Virus record (IMG/VR): IMGVR_UViG_3300030518_000008
Reading direction: 5' to 3' (one strand)
Source: an uncultured virus (IMG/VR IMGVR_UViG_3300030518_000008)
Lineage: Duplodnaviria; Heunggongvirae; Uroviricota; Caudoviricetes
Length of the DNA stretch: 64,000 nucleotides
Below are positions 18,090-28,900 of this stretch, in pieces. The notes below the pieces were generated by a model. That model had not been told where the DNA came from, searched no databases, and worked only from the letters and a program-made list of their open reading frames with translations. How positions within the stretch are numbered: the first letter of the stretch is position 1; each line of letters starts with the position of its first letter. The position numbers and the translations under genes were made by a program.

Positions 18090-18845
18090 GTGCTCCTATC
18101 GAAATACATCTTTGAAGTCAGGGACTTAATCAGAGACCCGCAGGGAATTTTCGTTACCGAAACTTCTCTCGTTCAGTACATCAATGAGGCCAGGGCGGCG
18201 ACATCTCTCCTGACGGGGTGTTGCCGCCGTCTCATTTTGGGCCAGCCCGAATTCGGTGGCGTGGCCACGCCCGACGTGGCCGTTCCCGGTGGTGCGCGGC
18301 CCAATTCCGATCCAGGCAGTCAGTTTCAGTCTGTGGCCGGGCAGGAGCGTTATCCCTACATCGGATTCGCCAACGAATACCTCAACGAGCAGTATCAGGG
18401 CCTTCGCGGCATCTGCGACGTGATTTCGGTGACGGTTTCATGGGGCGGGGCCGTGAGGCCCAGCCTGGATTGGATGCCGTTTGAGGATTTCCAGGCTTAC
18501 TGCCGGTCCAATCAGATCCTGGTGACGAACTATCCGATCGTGTGGACGGTATTCAACGACGGCGAGGCCGGCGAAGTCTGGATGTTCCCCGTCCCGCAGA
18601 ACGCCAATGAGATGGAGTGGGACTGTCTTTGCACGGCCGGGCCGATCTGGAAGGATGGCGATTTCGACGCCCTGCCATCTCCGTTCCATAACGGGGTGAA
18701 GTACTACGCGGCGATGCGTGCTTACGAATCATCGGGGCGCCTGGGATCGGCCGAGCTGATGCGCAGCCGCTTCGAGGACAGCAACCAGTTGCGCCGTGGC
18801 GCCGTAGACCGAGGTAAAGTACCGACTCGTTACGGTTCTTGGTAG
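18090..18845 (+). CDS. Putative head-tail adaptor
   Basis: YINEAR motif, VWMFPVP, position before the nozzle. Confidence 0.65.
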   Translation: MLLSKYIFEVRDLIRDPQGIFVTETSLVQYINEARAATSLLTGCCRRLILGQPEFGGVATPDVAVPGGARPNSDPGSQFQSVAGQERYPYIGFANEYLNEQYQGLRGICDVISVTVSWGGAVRPSLDWMPFEDFQAYCRSNQILVTNYPIVWTVFNDGEAGEVWMFPVPQNANEMEWDCLCTAGPIWKDGDFDALPSPFHNGVKYYAAMRAYESSGRLGSAELMRSRFEDSNQLRRGAVDRGKVPTRYGSW

Positions 18846-18848
18846 CCA

Positions 18849-21398
18849 ATGTCCGGCAACCGCGACGGCATCACCAAGCTCAGCCAGGCTGAGGAGCAGC
18901 GCTTAGGCGTTCCCGGCAACACGAAGTTCTGGTCAGCCGCACCATTCGGCAGCATGAACCAGTCCGACGCGCGGACGGCGCTGGAAGACAACGAAGCCTA
19001 CTGGCTCGAAAACTTCCTGCTCACCGGCAAGGGAAGTCTGCGCACCCTCTACGACAAGGGGCCGGCGCTGTATTCCGCCACGGGCGGGAAAACCATCATC
19101 TACTTCTCGTTCTTCAACATCAACAACATGACGAACTGCGCCGTCTTCCTGTCGGACGGCACGGCCTACGATGTCTCATTCCCGAGCGGGGTGGTCACGA
19201 CCATCAGCGCCGCGGCCGGCACATTCTACGACGGCGGGCAGTTGCCGGTGTGCTGCCAGTCCGGTTCACAGTATCTTCTAATATCCAACAATATAAGCCA
19301 GAACAATTACTGGATATGGGACGGCACTTTACTGTATTCAGCCGGCTCTCTCGGCCCCTACGTGATCGGCGATATAACCGCCGGCGGTTCTGGTTACACC
19401 AGCGCGCCGACGGTGACGTTCTACGGCGGGGCCGGGACGGGTGCGACGGCCACCGCGACGATTCAGGACGGTTCGGTTGTCGCTTTGACGATCACCAACG
19501 CCGGCACCGGCTACAACCCGGACGATGTCGTGGAGGCCGCGTTTTCCGGTGGCGGCACTGACAACGGCGCCGTTCTGCAAGCGGTTCTGACCACATCCGG
19601 CGTTGAGGCTGCGGTCATCGATGCCGGCGGTTCCGGCTACACCAGCGCGCCGACCGTTGTTTTCTCGGCCCCTGACAGCGGCGTGACGGCGGGCGGCATC
19701 GCCGCCCTCACCATGGATGCGGTGTCCTCGATCACCGTCAATGTGCCGGGCACTGGCTACACATCCCCGCCGACGATCACGCTGACAGGCGGCGGCGGCA
19801 CGGGGGCCGCCGCATCGGCGGTGCTGGCGATCAGCGGCATCAGCGACATTCAGGTGGTGTCGGGCGGTTCCGGCTACACCAGTGCGCCGACGGTCACGAT
19901 ATCAGGCGGCGGCGGCACGGGTGCTCACGCGGTTGCCGTGCTCACTGGCACGGTGGTAACCACGATTACCGTCACCGCCCCCGGAGCCGGCTACAGCTCG
20001 ACGCCGAGCGTTTCCATGTCGGGGGGCGGCGGCACGGGCGCTTCGGCCGTGGCGGTGCTTACCGTCGCATCGGTAACCAGCGTCAATGTGATCAATGGCG
20101 GCTCTGGGTTCACCGGCACGCCCGGCATCACCTTTGCAGGCGGCGGCGGCACGGGGGCCGCCGGCACGGCGGTTGTCATTGGCGGCGCCATTTCGTCCAT
20201 CACCATGACGCAAGCCGGCAGCGGCTACACATCGCCGCCTACCGTTCAAGTGTCGGGCGGACTGAACATGGCGGCGGTCGCGTCGATCAGCATCATGCCG
20301 TTCGGTGTCAGCGGCACGTCGATCGAAACATTCCAGTCGCGTGTCTGGATCAGCAACCCGGCCGGGTTCGGCCCGATTTACAACGGCGGCGTGTTCAACG
20401 TCTCAGCGCCTTCGTCGCTCACCAACTTCGCCACCTCGGCCGGTGGCCTGCTCTACACCAGCAGCGACCGTTTCCTGCGTCAGCAATATGTTGCGGTGCA
20501 TCAGCTCAACGGGTTCTTCTACACACTGGCCGATTCATCGTCGGACGTGATCTCGAATGTGCAGACCGCCGGCACGCCGACAGCCACGACGTTCAACTAT
20601 CAGAACATCAATGCGCAAATAGGCTGCACGTGGCGCGACAGCGTGCAGGACTACGGGCAGTCTGTCCTGTTCGCCAACGGCAATGGCATCTGCGGCCTCT
20701 ACGCCGGGACGGTCAAAAAGGTATCCAAGAAAATGGACAACCTCTTTGACAATTTCGTTGCTCCCGCGGCGGGCGGCGTCACGCCGAGTGCCGCGGTTGC
20801 CAGTCTCTACACAATTCCGGTCTACCTGCTGAACATCACCATCATAGACCCGCTTAGCGGCTCACCGCGCACGGTGCTGATCGGATGGGACGAGGCGAAC
20901 TGGCTGATCTGTTCGCAGACAAGCGAGTTTACGTTTGTTGCCACACAGGAAATATCATCGGTGATGACGGCGTGGGGCACGGACGGAACCGGGCTTTATC
21001 CGCTGTTCCAGACGCCATCGGCGGCGCTTGCGGCCACGATCGCCACGAAAATGATAGGTTCCGACAGGTCTTATATCGTTAAGGAACCGATGACCGTTTA
21101 TGTGCGGTCAACCGACAAATCGGCCGATCAGTCCGGCATCGAGCTTGCCATCACCGCCGAGGCCGAGGGCATTGCCCAGCAGGCCGGGCTGGAGCCGCAG
21201 AATCTTCCGCATCAGGCTTATCCGCTGCCCGTTCAGCCTGCGTATGCCGCGCCGAACTACACCGCGCCGCTGTGGGGCGGGCCGATGCCGGGCGTGGCCG
21301 GAACTGCTATTGGGGTAACGATAAAGAGCTATTCAAAGGATTTTGTTCTAAGTGAAATATCCTTGTCTTACCGGGATGTAGCGAGCGTGTGGGGATGA
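18849..21398 (+). CDS. Putative tail nozzle/stabilisation protein with inserted GGSGYTSAPTVT repeats
   Basis: 849 aa; WLENF N-terminus, ETFQSRVW; repeats at about 19380-20260. Confidence 0.65.
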   Translation: MSGNRDGITKLSQAEEQRLGVPGNTKFWSAAPFGSMNQSDARTALEDNEAYWLENFLLTGKGSLRTLYDKGPALYSATGGKTIIYFSFFNINNMTNCAVFLSDGTAYDVSFPSGVVTTISAAAGTFYDGGQLPVCCQSGSQYLLISNNISQNNYWIWDGTLLYSAGSLGPYVIGDITAGGSGYTSAPTVTFYGGAGTGATATATIQDGSVVALTITNAGTGYNPDDVVEAAFSGGGTDNGAVLQAVLTTSGVEAAVIDAGGSGYTSAPTVVFSAPDSGVTAGGIAALTMDAVSSITVNVPGTGYTSPPTITLTGGGGTGAAASAVLAISGISDIQVVSGGSGYTSAPTVTISGGGGTGAHAVAVLTGTVVTTITVTAPGAGYSSTPSVSMSGGGGTGASAVAVLTVASVTSVNVINGGSGFTGTPGITFAGGGGTGAAGTAVVIGGAISSITMTQAGSGYTSPPTVQVSGGLNMAAVASISIMPFGVSGTSIETFQSRVWISNPAGFGPIYNGGVFNVSAPSSLTNFATSAGGLLYTSSDRFLRQQYVAVHQLNGFFYTLADSSSDVISNVQTAGTPTATTFNYQNINAQIGCTWRDSVQDYGQSVLFANGNGICGLYAGTVKKVSKKMDNLFDNFVAPAAGGVTPSAAVASLYTIPVYLLNITIIDPLSGSPRTVLIGWDEANWLICSQTSEFTFVATQEISSVMTAWGTDGTGLYPLFQTPSAALAATIATKMIGSDRSYIVKEPMTVYVRSTDKSADQSGIELAITAEAEGIAQQAGLEPQNLPHQAYPLPVQPAYAAPNYTAPLWGGPMPGVAGTAIGVTIKSYSKDFVLSEISLSYRDVASVWG

Positions 21399-22051
21399 TC
21401 GTAATCCGGCTCCTGATTTGCCTGCTTTCCATCGCCACCTGCAAGGCGGCGTGGGGTGACACGGCATGCCCCACCGTCTCGAACAACATCGAGAACCTGT
21501 CTGTGTCGGTTACGGGCGCCCCCTCGGCGGGGCAGGGGTTTTACGATCCGACAACCGGGGGGCTTACTTTCCAGCCGGTTGGACCTGGCAACCGCGCGCA
21601 CTACTTTGTTGGCGTTCCGCGGGCGCTGGTTGTCGGCCATCAGTACATGCCGTGGGTTACTCTGCGGGCCTATCCGGAAGCGCTTGTTCAGGAAAAGAGT
21701 AACTGCCCAATTCTGTTGCAGAATGGCAAGCCGCTGCTGACGACGGGCAACGTCCGGGTCACCGTGGCGCCGATGGTCAAGTTCCCCTGTGCGCTGATTT
21801 CTGACCAGAAACACACGATTCTGGTGGGGATCATGAATCCGGCCTTCAACATCTATCAGGCGGTTTATGATTCCGAGACGCAGTTTCTCGATGTTCAGTA
21901 CGTCAACGGCGCATCGCTGATGTTCGTTGGCGTCCCGCTCTCGCTCCTGGGCAGCTCGGCGACTATTCAGTGGAATGATCTCGCGCCGTATCAGGAAGCC
22001 CTGATGACGGAAAACACCGGCTGCCCGGTGCTTTTACAGGGGGTCTTCTGA
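21395..22051 (+). CDS. Signal-peptide protein with two KTSC-like repeats
   Basis: FYDPTTGGL...YFVGVP and VYDSETQFLDVQYVNGASLMFVGVP. Confidence 0.55.
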   Translation: MIVIRLLICLLSIATCKAAWGDTACPTVSNNIENLSVSVTGAPSAGQGFYDPTTGGLTFQPVGPGNRAHYFVGVPRALVVGHQYMPWVTLRAYPEALVQEKSNCPILLQNGKPLLTTGNVRVTVAPMVKFPCALISDQKHTILVGIMNPAFNIYQAVYDSETQFLDVQYVNGASLMFVGVPLSLLGSSATIQWNDLAPYQEALMTENTGCPVLLQGVF

Positions 22052-22197
22052 TGCGCAAAGTCGTTGTGTTCCTGATCGTCGTCATGGCGGCAACCCCGGC
22101 GCTGGCGGTAATTTATTACCCCCTTCTAACGAACAACACGTTTGTCTACGCCGGGTTTGTCTTCGGCGTCAGTGCATTCGGAAGCGGGAGGTTCTGA
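22051..22197 (+). CDS. 48-aa signal-peptide-bearing small protein
   Basis: MRKVVVFLIVVMAATPALA...; TGATG-coupled at both ends; below the ORF-track cutoff. Confidence 0.65.
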   Translation: MRKVVVFLIVVMAATPALAVIYYPLLTNNTFVYAGFVFGVSAFGSGRF

Positions 22198-23933
22198 TGC
22201 GCGGCGCGCTCTGTGCGGTTATTCTGTTGCTATCGCCGATCGCCGCGCACGCTCAGTGCGCTCTGCCGGTGACCGGGGGGCAGGTGTGGACCGCGGCCAT
22301 GTGGAACACCTGCCTGGGTTATCTTTACACCAATGTCGGCACCGGCGGCGGGGTTTCGGGCTCCAACTTCAATGCCACCTTCCCGACAACGGGACTGGCG
22401 ATCGGCGCGACGGCCGGGGGCAACATGGTGCCCATTGGTGCTGATGCGTTCAACGATCTCAACGTCACGCTGAAAACCGCCCTGCCTGCCGGGGGCAACG
22501 TCATCGGCTCCGTCACCCAGTCCGGAGCGCCGTGGTCCGTCAACATCAGCGGGGCCGTTCCGCTGCCCAATGGCGCCGCGGTGTCCATGTATCAGGGCGG
22601 CATTTACAACCTCGTGGCCCCCGTCCTGACCAACGGGCAACAAACCGCCCTTCAGCTTGATTCGTCCGGAAACCTCAAGGTGAACATCATTGCCGGGGGC
22701 AGTGGCGGCGGTGGCGGATCATCGTCCGCGTTCGGCGCGACTTTCCCGCTGACCGGCACCGCGATCGGCGGCTCCAACGGCGGCAACATGGTCTACATCG
22801 GCGCCGACGCCTCGCATAACCTCGATGTCAATCTCCAGACAGCGCTTCCTGTCGGGGCAAACGTCATCGGCGCGGTGACGCAGTCGGGAACCTGGATTGT
22901 CTCTCTGCCCGTGGGGGCCGCGACTTCGGCCAATCAGGCAGCCGTTCAGGGATCGGTGATGGGCGGCACGGTAGCGCTCATGTCGCAGCTCGCCGGCGCC
23001 GCCTACAATTCGTCAGCGCCCACTCTGACCAACGGCCAGCAGGCCGCGTTGCAGGTTGATGCCAGCGGCAATCTCAAGACCAACGTGGTTGCCGGGATTA
23101 CCTCAACATTCGCTACCACGTTCCCAACGTCGGGCTTTGCCATGGGCGGCTCGAACGGCGGCAACCTGGTCTATATCGCGGCGGACGGCTCGCACAATCT
23201 GGATGTCAACTGCATCGTTGGCTGCTCGGGCGGCACGACCTCGAACGCCACATCCGGCGTGGCGACATCATCGAGCAACGGCGCCTCGGTTGTCTGGGCT
23301 TACGGCTTCAACGGCACCACCTGGGACCAGCTACAGGTGGACGCCTCGAAGTACCTCAAGGTCAACCTCGAAACCGCGGTCCCGGCCGGCAGCAACGTCA
23401 TCGGCGGGGTCACTCAGTCCGGCACGTGGAATGTAACCAACGTCAGCGGCACGATCTCCCTGCCCACGGGTGCGGCCACCGCGGCGAACCAGACAGCAGT
23501 CACCGGCACCGTTGCCGCCGGCACCGCGGCGAGCAATTCCCTGCTGGCCGGCGGCGTGTACAACTCGACACAACCGGCGCCGACGACGGGCCAGCAGACC
23601 GCCTTGCAGGTGGATGTGCATGGCAATCTGCGCACCAATTACGGCTCGGTTACCCTGGTGGCGCTTGATGTGGCGACGGTCACCACCGGCGGCACTGCCG
23701 TCACCGCCCTGACTGCCGGGCACCGGACGGCCGGCGGCTGGATCAGTAACCCGACAACGGCCACGATCAATCTTTGCATTAACGAAATCGGCACCGCGAC
23801 TGGCACAACCTCATCCGGCAGCACAACCTGCATATCGCCGGGGGTCACTTACGCGCTGGCGCCGAGCACTGGCGCGGTGTCGGTCATCTCGTCGGACTCT
23901 ACCCACCCGTTTTCCGGCGAGGGCTTCCAGTGA
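22197..23933 (+). CDS. Fibre-like virion protein with signal peptide
   Basis: Repeats LPAGxNVIGxVTQSG and LTNGQQxALQVDxxGNLK; N-terminal AHA-Q. Confidence 0.7.
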   Translation: MRGALCAVILLLSPIAAHAQCALPVTGGQVWTAAMWNTCLGYLYTNVGTGGGVSGSNFNATFPTTGLAIGATAGGNMVPIGADAFNDLNVTLKTALPAGGNVIGSVTQSGAPWSVNISGAVPLPNGAAVSMYQGGIYNLVAPVLTNGQQTALQLDSSGNLKVNIIAGGSGGGGGSSSAFGATFPLTGTAIGGSNGGNMVYIGADASHNLDVNLQTALPVGANVIGAVTQSGTWIVSLPVGAATSANQAAVQGSVMGGTVALMSQLAGAAYNSSAPTLTNGQQAALQVDASGNLKTNVVAGITSTFATTFPTSGFAMGGSNGGNLVYIAADGSHNLDVNCIVGCSGGTTSNATSGVATSSSNGASVVWAYGFNGTTWDQLQVDASKYLKVNLETAVPAGSNVIGGVTQSGTWNVTNVSGTISLPTGAATAANQTAVTGTVAAGTAASNSLLAGGVYNSTQPAPTTGQQTALQVDVHGNLRTNYGSVTLVALDVATVTTGGTAVTALTAGHRTAGGWISNPTTATINLCINEIGTATGTTSSGSTTCISPGVTYALAPSTGAVSVISSDSTHPFSGEGFQ

Positions 23934-25936
23934 TGAACCGCAGGCTTTCCTGGCTATTCTGCGCCCTGCTCGCGGCAGGCTTTGCGCCACGCATCGCCCT
24001 GGCGCAGCAGGCAACACAACTGCCGGCGGCCAATCTGCCGCTGTCGGGCGCCGAAACGCTTTACCTCGTGCAGAATGGCAATTCCGTCCAGACGCCCGTC
24101 TCGACAGTCCAAGGTGTCGGCGTGTTCAACAATCTGACGGCTGCCACGCTGTCGGTCACCGGCGCATCGTCGCTGGGTGTGGTCAACCTTGCCGGCAAGC
24201 TTTCGATCCCCGCCTCAACCACGGGCAGCGCTTATATCAATCTGGCGCAGGGCGTTGCGCCGTCATCGCCGGTGAACGGTGACCTCTGGACCACCTCTAC
24301 GGGGCTGTTCGCGCGCATCAACGGCGCCACGGTCGGCCCGTTCGGCACCGGCGGCGGCGCCAACACGTCCACCGCCAATAACCTCGCCTACTATTCCGCT
24401 AACGGCAACGTGGTCAGCGGCCTCGCCACGGCCAACAGCGGCGTGCTGGTCACCAGCAACGCCGGGGTGCCCTCGATCTCGACCACGCTTCCCGGCGGCC
24501 TGACCATCGGGCCGTTCATCGGCACCGTTAACAACTACGCTGCGTCGAGCAATTTGCCGACCGTTACAAGTTCAAACTCAGGCCAGCTCGGTTTTGTCAG
24601 CAACTGCCTGAACGGCAGCCAGGGCAGCGGCACGGGAACGGGCTGCCTTTACATCGTGAACAACGCCGGATCGTGGCAGGCCATGCCGCTGATCCCGACG
24701 ACCCAGATCACCATTGGCGGGCAGGCTATCTATCTCGGCGGCTCCACGACCAATCAGGGCAACGGCTCGAAGCTGGCGACTGCTAACGGCGCGTTCACCA
24801 ACGGCGACTGTGTGCAGATCAACAGCGGCGGCGCCTTCGTCGACAGCGGCTCGGCGTGCAGCAGCGGCGGTGGCGGCAGCGGCACGGTCACGTCCAACTC
24901 AGCCAACAGCATTACCTACTATGCGGCGTCCGGCACCACGGTCACCGGCCTGGCTGTTGTCAACAACGCCGTGCTGGTCACCAGCGGCTCGGGCGTCCCT
25001 TCGGAAGCAACAACGTTGCCGTCCGGTCTGACGCTGCCCACCGAGACGATCAGCAACCCCGCGATCACCGGCACCGGCACCTATGTTGGCCTCACAGGTT
25101 CCGGCAAGCTGGTCACCGCCGCCAGCACCACGACGCAAGCCGGCCTCAATCTGCCGGCGGGCGCCGCGCCAACCAGCCCGACCAATGGTGATGTGTGGAC
25201 CACGACGGTTGGCGTGTATGCGCGCATCAACGGCACCACGGTTGGTCCGTTTGGCACGGCTACGGGCTCGGTCAGCAGCATTGCGACGACAAGCCCGATC
25301 AGCGGCGGCACCATTACCACCACGGGCACGATCACCTGCCCGACATGTGCGCTGACGACCAACGGCGGGTTGCTGACTGCGACCTCCCCCGCCGCGATCA
25401 GTGCCGCGGGCCTCATCACGTGCGCTACGTGCGTCACGACATCGGGCGGCGGCGCGCTGACCGCGACCGCGCCGGTGGCCGTCAGCGGTGCCGGCCTGAT
25501 CACGTGCGCGAACTGCCTGACGGTTTCCGGCGGTGGCGCCTTTACCGTCAGCCTTCCACTGGTTCTTGTCGGCAGCCAGGTATCGATCGGGAATGAGAAA
25601 GGTGTTGGCACCCTGAACTGGGACAGCAACACCGTGGTTTCGGCGAACACGTACTATCTGACGCTGGCCTGGCCTTGGGGGACGGGCTCGATCGTGAGTG
25701 TGACTTACCTCACAAGCGGGACGAATTCACCGGCGTTCAACATCGCAATCCAGGTGAACGGGGCGAATGTCACAACCTGCAACGGCATCACTGTCAGCAG
25801 CGGGACCGCCATGACGACGACATGTGGCTCGAACACCATCGTCAGCGGCAACCCGGTTTCGGTCGTCACCTCGGCGATTACCGGCTCGCCCAGCTCGGCG
25901 GCGGTGCAGGTGAATTACGTCAGGAGCGCACTGTGA
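23930..25936 (+). CDS. Tail-fibre-like protein with signal peptide
   Basis: Two APxSPxNGDxWTTxxGxxARING modules, Cys-containing ITCxTC repeats; ALA-Q. Confidence 0.7.
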   Translation: MMNRRLSWLFCALLAAGFAPRIALAQQATQLPAANLPLSGAETLYLVQNGNSVQTPVSTVQGVGVFNNLTAATLSVTGASSLGVVNLAGKLSIPASTTGSAYINLAQGVAPSSPVNGDLWTTSTGLFARINGATVGPFGTGGGANTSTANNLAYYSANGNVVSGLATANSGVLVTSNAGVPSISTTLPGGLTIGPFIGTVNNYAASSNLPTVTSSNSGQLGFVSNCLNGSQGSGTGTGCLYIVNNAGSWQAMPLIPTTQITIGGQAIYLGGSTTNQGNGSKLATANGAFTNGDCVQINSGGAFVDSGSACSSGGGGSGTVTSNSANSITYYAASGTTVTGLAVVNNAVLVTSGSGVPSEATTLPSGLTLPTETISNPAITGTGTYVGLTGSGKLVTAASTTTQAGLNLPAGAAPTSPTNGDVWTTTVGVYARINGTTVGPFGTATGSVSSIATTSPISGGTITTTGTITCPTCALTTNGGLLTATSPAAISAAGLITCATCVTTSGGGALTATAPVAVSGAGLITCANCLTVSGGGAFTVSLPLVLVGSQVSIGNEKGVGTLNWDSNTVVSANTYYLTLAWPWGTGSIVSVTYLTSGTNSPAFNIAIQVNGANVTTCNGITVSSGTAMTTTCGSNTIVSGNPVSVVTSAITGSPSSAAVQVNYVRSAL

Positions 25937-28900
25937 TCAGGCGCCTCCTCGCACTCATCTTCATTTTCATATCGTTTCAGGCCGTTGCGTTGCCGCCTGT
26001 GCCGGCGCCGCTGACCGGCACCGTCACAACGCAAACGTGGACCTCCTTCGATCAGAGTTTTGCCGGGATCACGCTCGCGTCCGGCAAGCCGTTTCATTTT
26101 AACGTTCTGCCGCCGGCCCAGTACAGCGGCACGACGTACAAATACCCGCTCTATATCTGGCTGCACCCGCAAGCTGAGGGCAACGCCTGGTACAACGGAT
26201 CGAACACCAACGCGCTGTATGCGACGGGGTCTGGCTATGAGGCCCAGAACTACAACGCCGTTCCCTTCCTGACAGCCTATCCGGCCTTTATCGCGGTGCC
26301 ATACGCGGATCAGACAACCGACACTTCGGGGGGCGCGGTCGAGAACTGGGGCGGGTGGTGCAACAGTGGCGTCACCGGCAGCGGGACGGTTTATTCGGGC
26401 GACACCGGGCCAAACACGTTCGCCGTGCTGGCGATGATCAATTACCTCGAAACGCAATACTCGATCGACACCACGCGCATCTACATCAACGGGTTCAGCC
26501 TCGGCGGCATCGGCGCCGAGTACTTCATGCAGCACTACAACGCCTACACCGGCGACCTCGGCCGCGTGTTCGCGGCCGGCGCATCGGAAGCTGGCGTGCT
26601 GCAAATCAACGGCTGTGGCGGCAGCACCGTCACCACGGCGCAGTCCACACAGATGAAGACCGTGCCGGTGTGGTGGTTTTCCGGCACCAATGACACCAAC
26701 AGCCTCGCGTCCGAGTGGAATAATCCGATGTGGACGGCCCTGGCCGGCAACTCGTCGTACCCATCGGCAATCACCAGCGCGTCATCAAATCAGGCCGGCA
26801 CCAGCGCCATGCGTTACACGCTTTGTGCCACCTGCGGGCATCAGGACACGGATTCGTCCGGCAACCCCGTGTGGACGAACACCACAATCAACAGCTTCCT
26901 GTTCTCGCAGGCGTCCTCCGCGGGGTATTTCAGCGTCAGCAGCGGGAGCGTCAAAACGCCGGGTGGAGCAACCTTTGTCGGGAACGGCGTTGGCTTTGGT
27001 GACGGCCAGATCGGCGCGATAACGAGCGCGTCGCAGGTAACAAACCTCTTTCCCGGAACCAAGATTGTCGAGGTTTACGCATTCTCTTACGCCGCGCCCA
27101 GCACCTATTCCGCATTCGTCAACACGATGACGCAGGCCGGCATCGTGGTCCTTTTCGGCAACGGGCAGAACTTTTTCACAGACGGCACATCGGCCGGGAA
27201 CGTCGGCGGCGGCTGCGGCGACATATTCACTGGTTCGATTCTGACGACGGAATCGAACTGGTACGCCAGCATGGCGGCGTACTACATCAACAACCCCTAT
27301 GTGTGGTTCACCACCAATAACGAGCCGTCATTCGTGACGGGCACAACTTCGGACTCGTGCTCGACGCAGGGCGGCACTATCAGTTTGCCCGGCCTCGCGA
27401 CGTGGGAGCAGGCGACCTATAACGCCATTCGCGGAACCGGCAACAACACGATCGTTATGCTGGAGGAACCGTCCGGCGGCGATCCTGGCACGGTCGGCGC
27501 CTATACCCAGACCGCCTATCAGACCTATGGCTTGCCAATGACGCCATCGGTGTTTTCGACCATGAAAGGCGTGGTCTGGAACCTGCACTATTATGGATTT
27601 GCCAGCGGGTACAGCACGACGCAGGCGACAGTGAACGATTTCCTCCTGGGCAGCGCTTACGACAGCCCAAGCTGCTGTTCGTCGCCAACCCAGTATCAGG
27701 CGACGGGTATTCTGGCGGCACAGACCATCCCCAGCGCTGACGGCGTGATGCCGGTTTTCATCGGCGAGTACGGCAATTCGACCAATGGCACGACGATTGA
27801 TGCGAACGGGCAGAATGTCGTGACCGCTGTTGGGACGTACGCGAACGGATCGAACGCTTTCGGCTCTATCGCGTGGGTTTGGAACAGCTCTTACACATGC
27901 TGCGACAGCCTCACCGTCAACGGGACATCGGTCATGTCGCCCTACGGAACATCGGTGGCATCCCTCATCGCGGCGCCGACAATCGGCGGCGAGACAATCA
28001 CTGTCGGCACGATCGCACAGCAGAAATCCAACATGTCCTTCACCGTGGGCGGGACAATCAGTGGCGTTACCACGATCCCCACGCTGCAATACAGCGTCAA
28101 CGGCGGCGCTTGGACCGCGCTCCCGAACGGATCGCCGGTCACCACAAGCAGCTTCATGTTCACCGTGCCGGGGCAGGCCACCAGCACGGCCAACACCGTT
28201 GCGGTGAGGGACGCCAACAACACCGGCATTGCCACAACATCGAATTCCTTTGCCGTGGTCACCAGCTCCAGCGGCCCGAGCGGGATAAACTCGGTCACCA
28301 ACCTCATAAAATATCTGAACAGCCTGGCGGGGAATCACATCCTCTCTGGCCAGTTCACTGAAAACAACGGCTCCAGCCCGCCGAGCCCGTACGGCTATGC
28401 GTCCTTTCCGCTTATTCAGAACATCACCGGCCAGTACCCAGCCATGCTCGGCTGCGATGCGGCGCAGGGCACGACCGTTGTCAATTACTGCGAAAGCTAC
28501 GCCATTCCGTACTGGAACGCCGGCGGATTGCTCATTATGAACTTCTGGCCGAACAATCCAGCCGACAACGGCAGCGCCCTGTGGGGCTCGGATCAAAGCG
28601 TTCCGGCGGGCGGCTGGGGCGATGTCGTGCAAGCGGGCACCACGGCAAACACGAATTTCAACGCAGAGCTGAACGCACTCGCGATGATGCTCCAGGACTA
28701 TCAGAACGCCGGCATTATTCTGATGTACCGCAGCCTGATCGAGAGCAACGGAAACTGGTTTTGGTTTGGCACGGGGAGCTGTTGCGGCGGTGGCGGCAGC
28801 GGCATAACGGCAGCGCAGAATATTGCGATATTTCAATATATGCACGATTATCTGGTCAAGACGAAGGGGCTCACCAACCTGGCGTTCATTTTTTCTCCGA

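Noticed and set aside
16843..18129. 428-aa alternative-frame ORF and similar long overlapping ORFs (14851..15921-, 27328..28845-, 3717..4583-)
   Set aside because: Arg/Pro-rich shadows of high-GC genes with better-supported frames
25675..25932. Upstream extension of the 1480-aa ORF
   Set aside because: Overlaps the previous gene; GTG 25933 gives coupling and a signal-like leader
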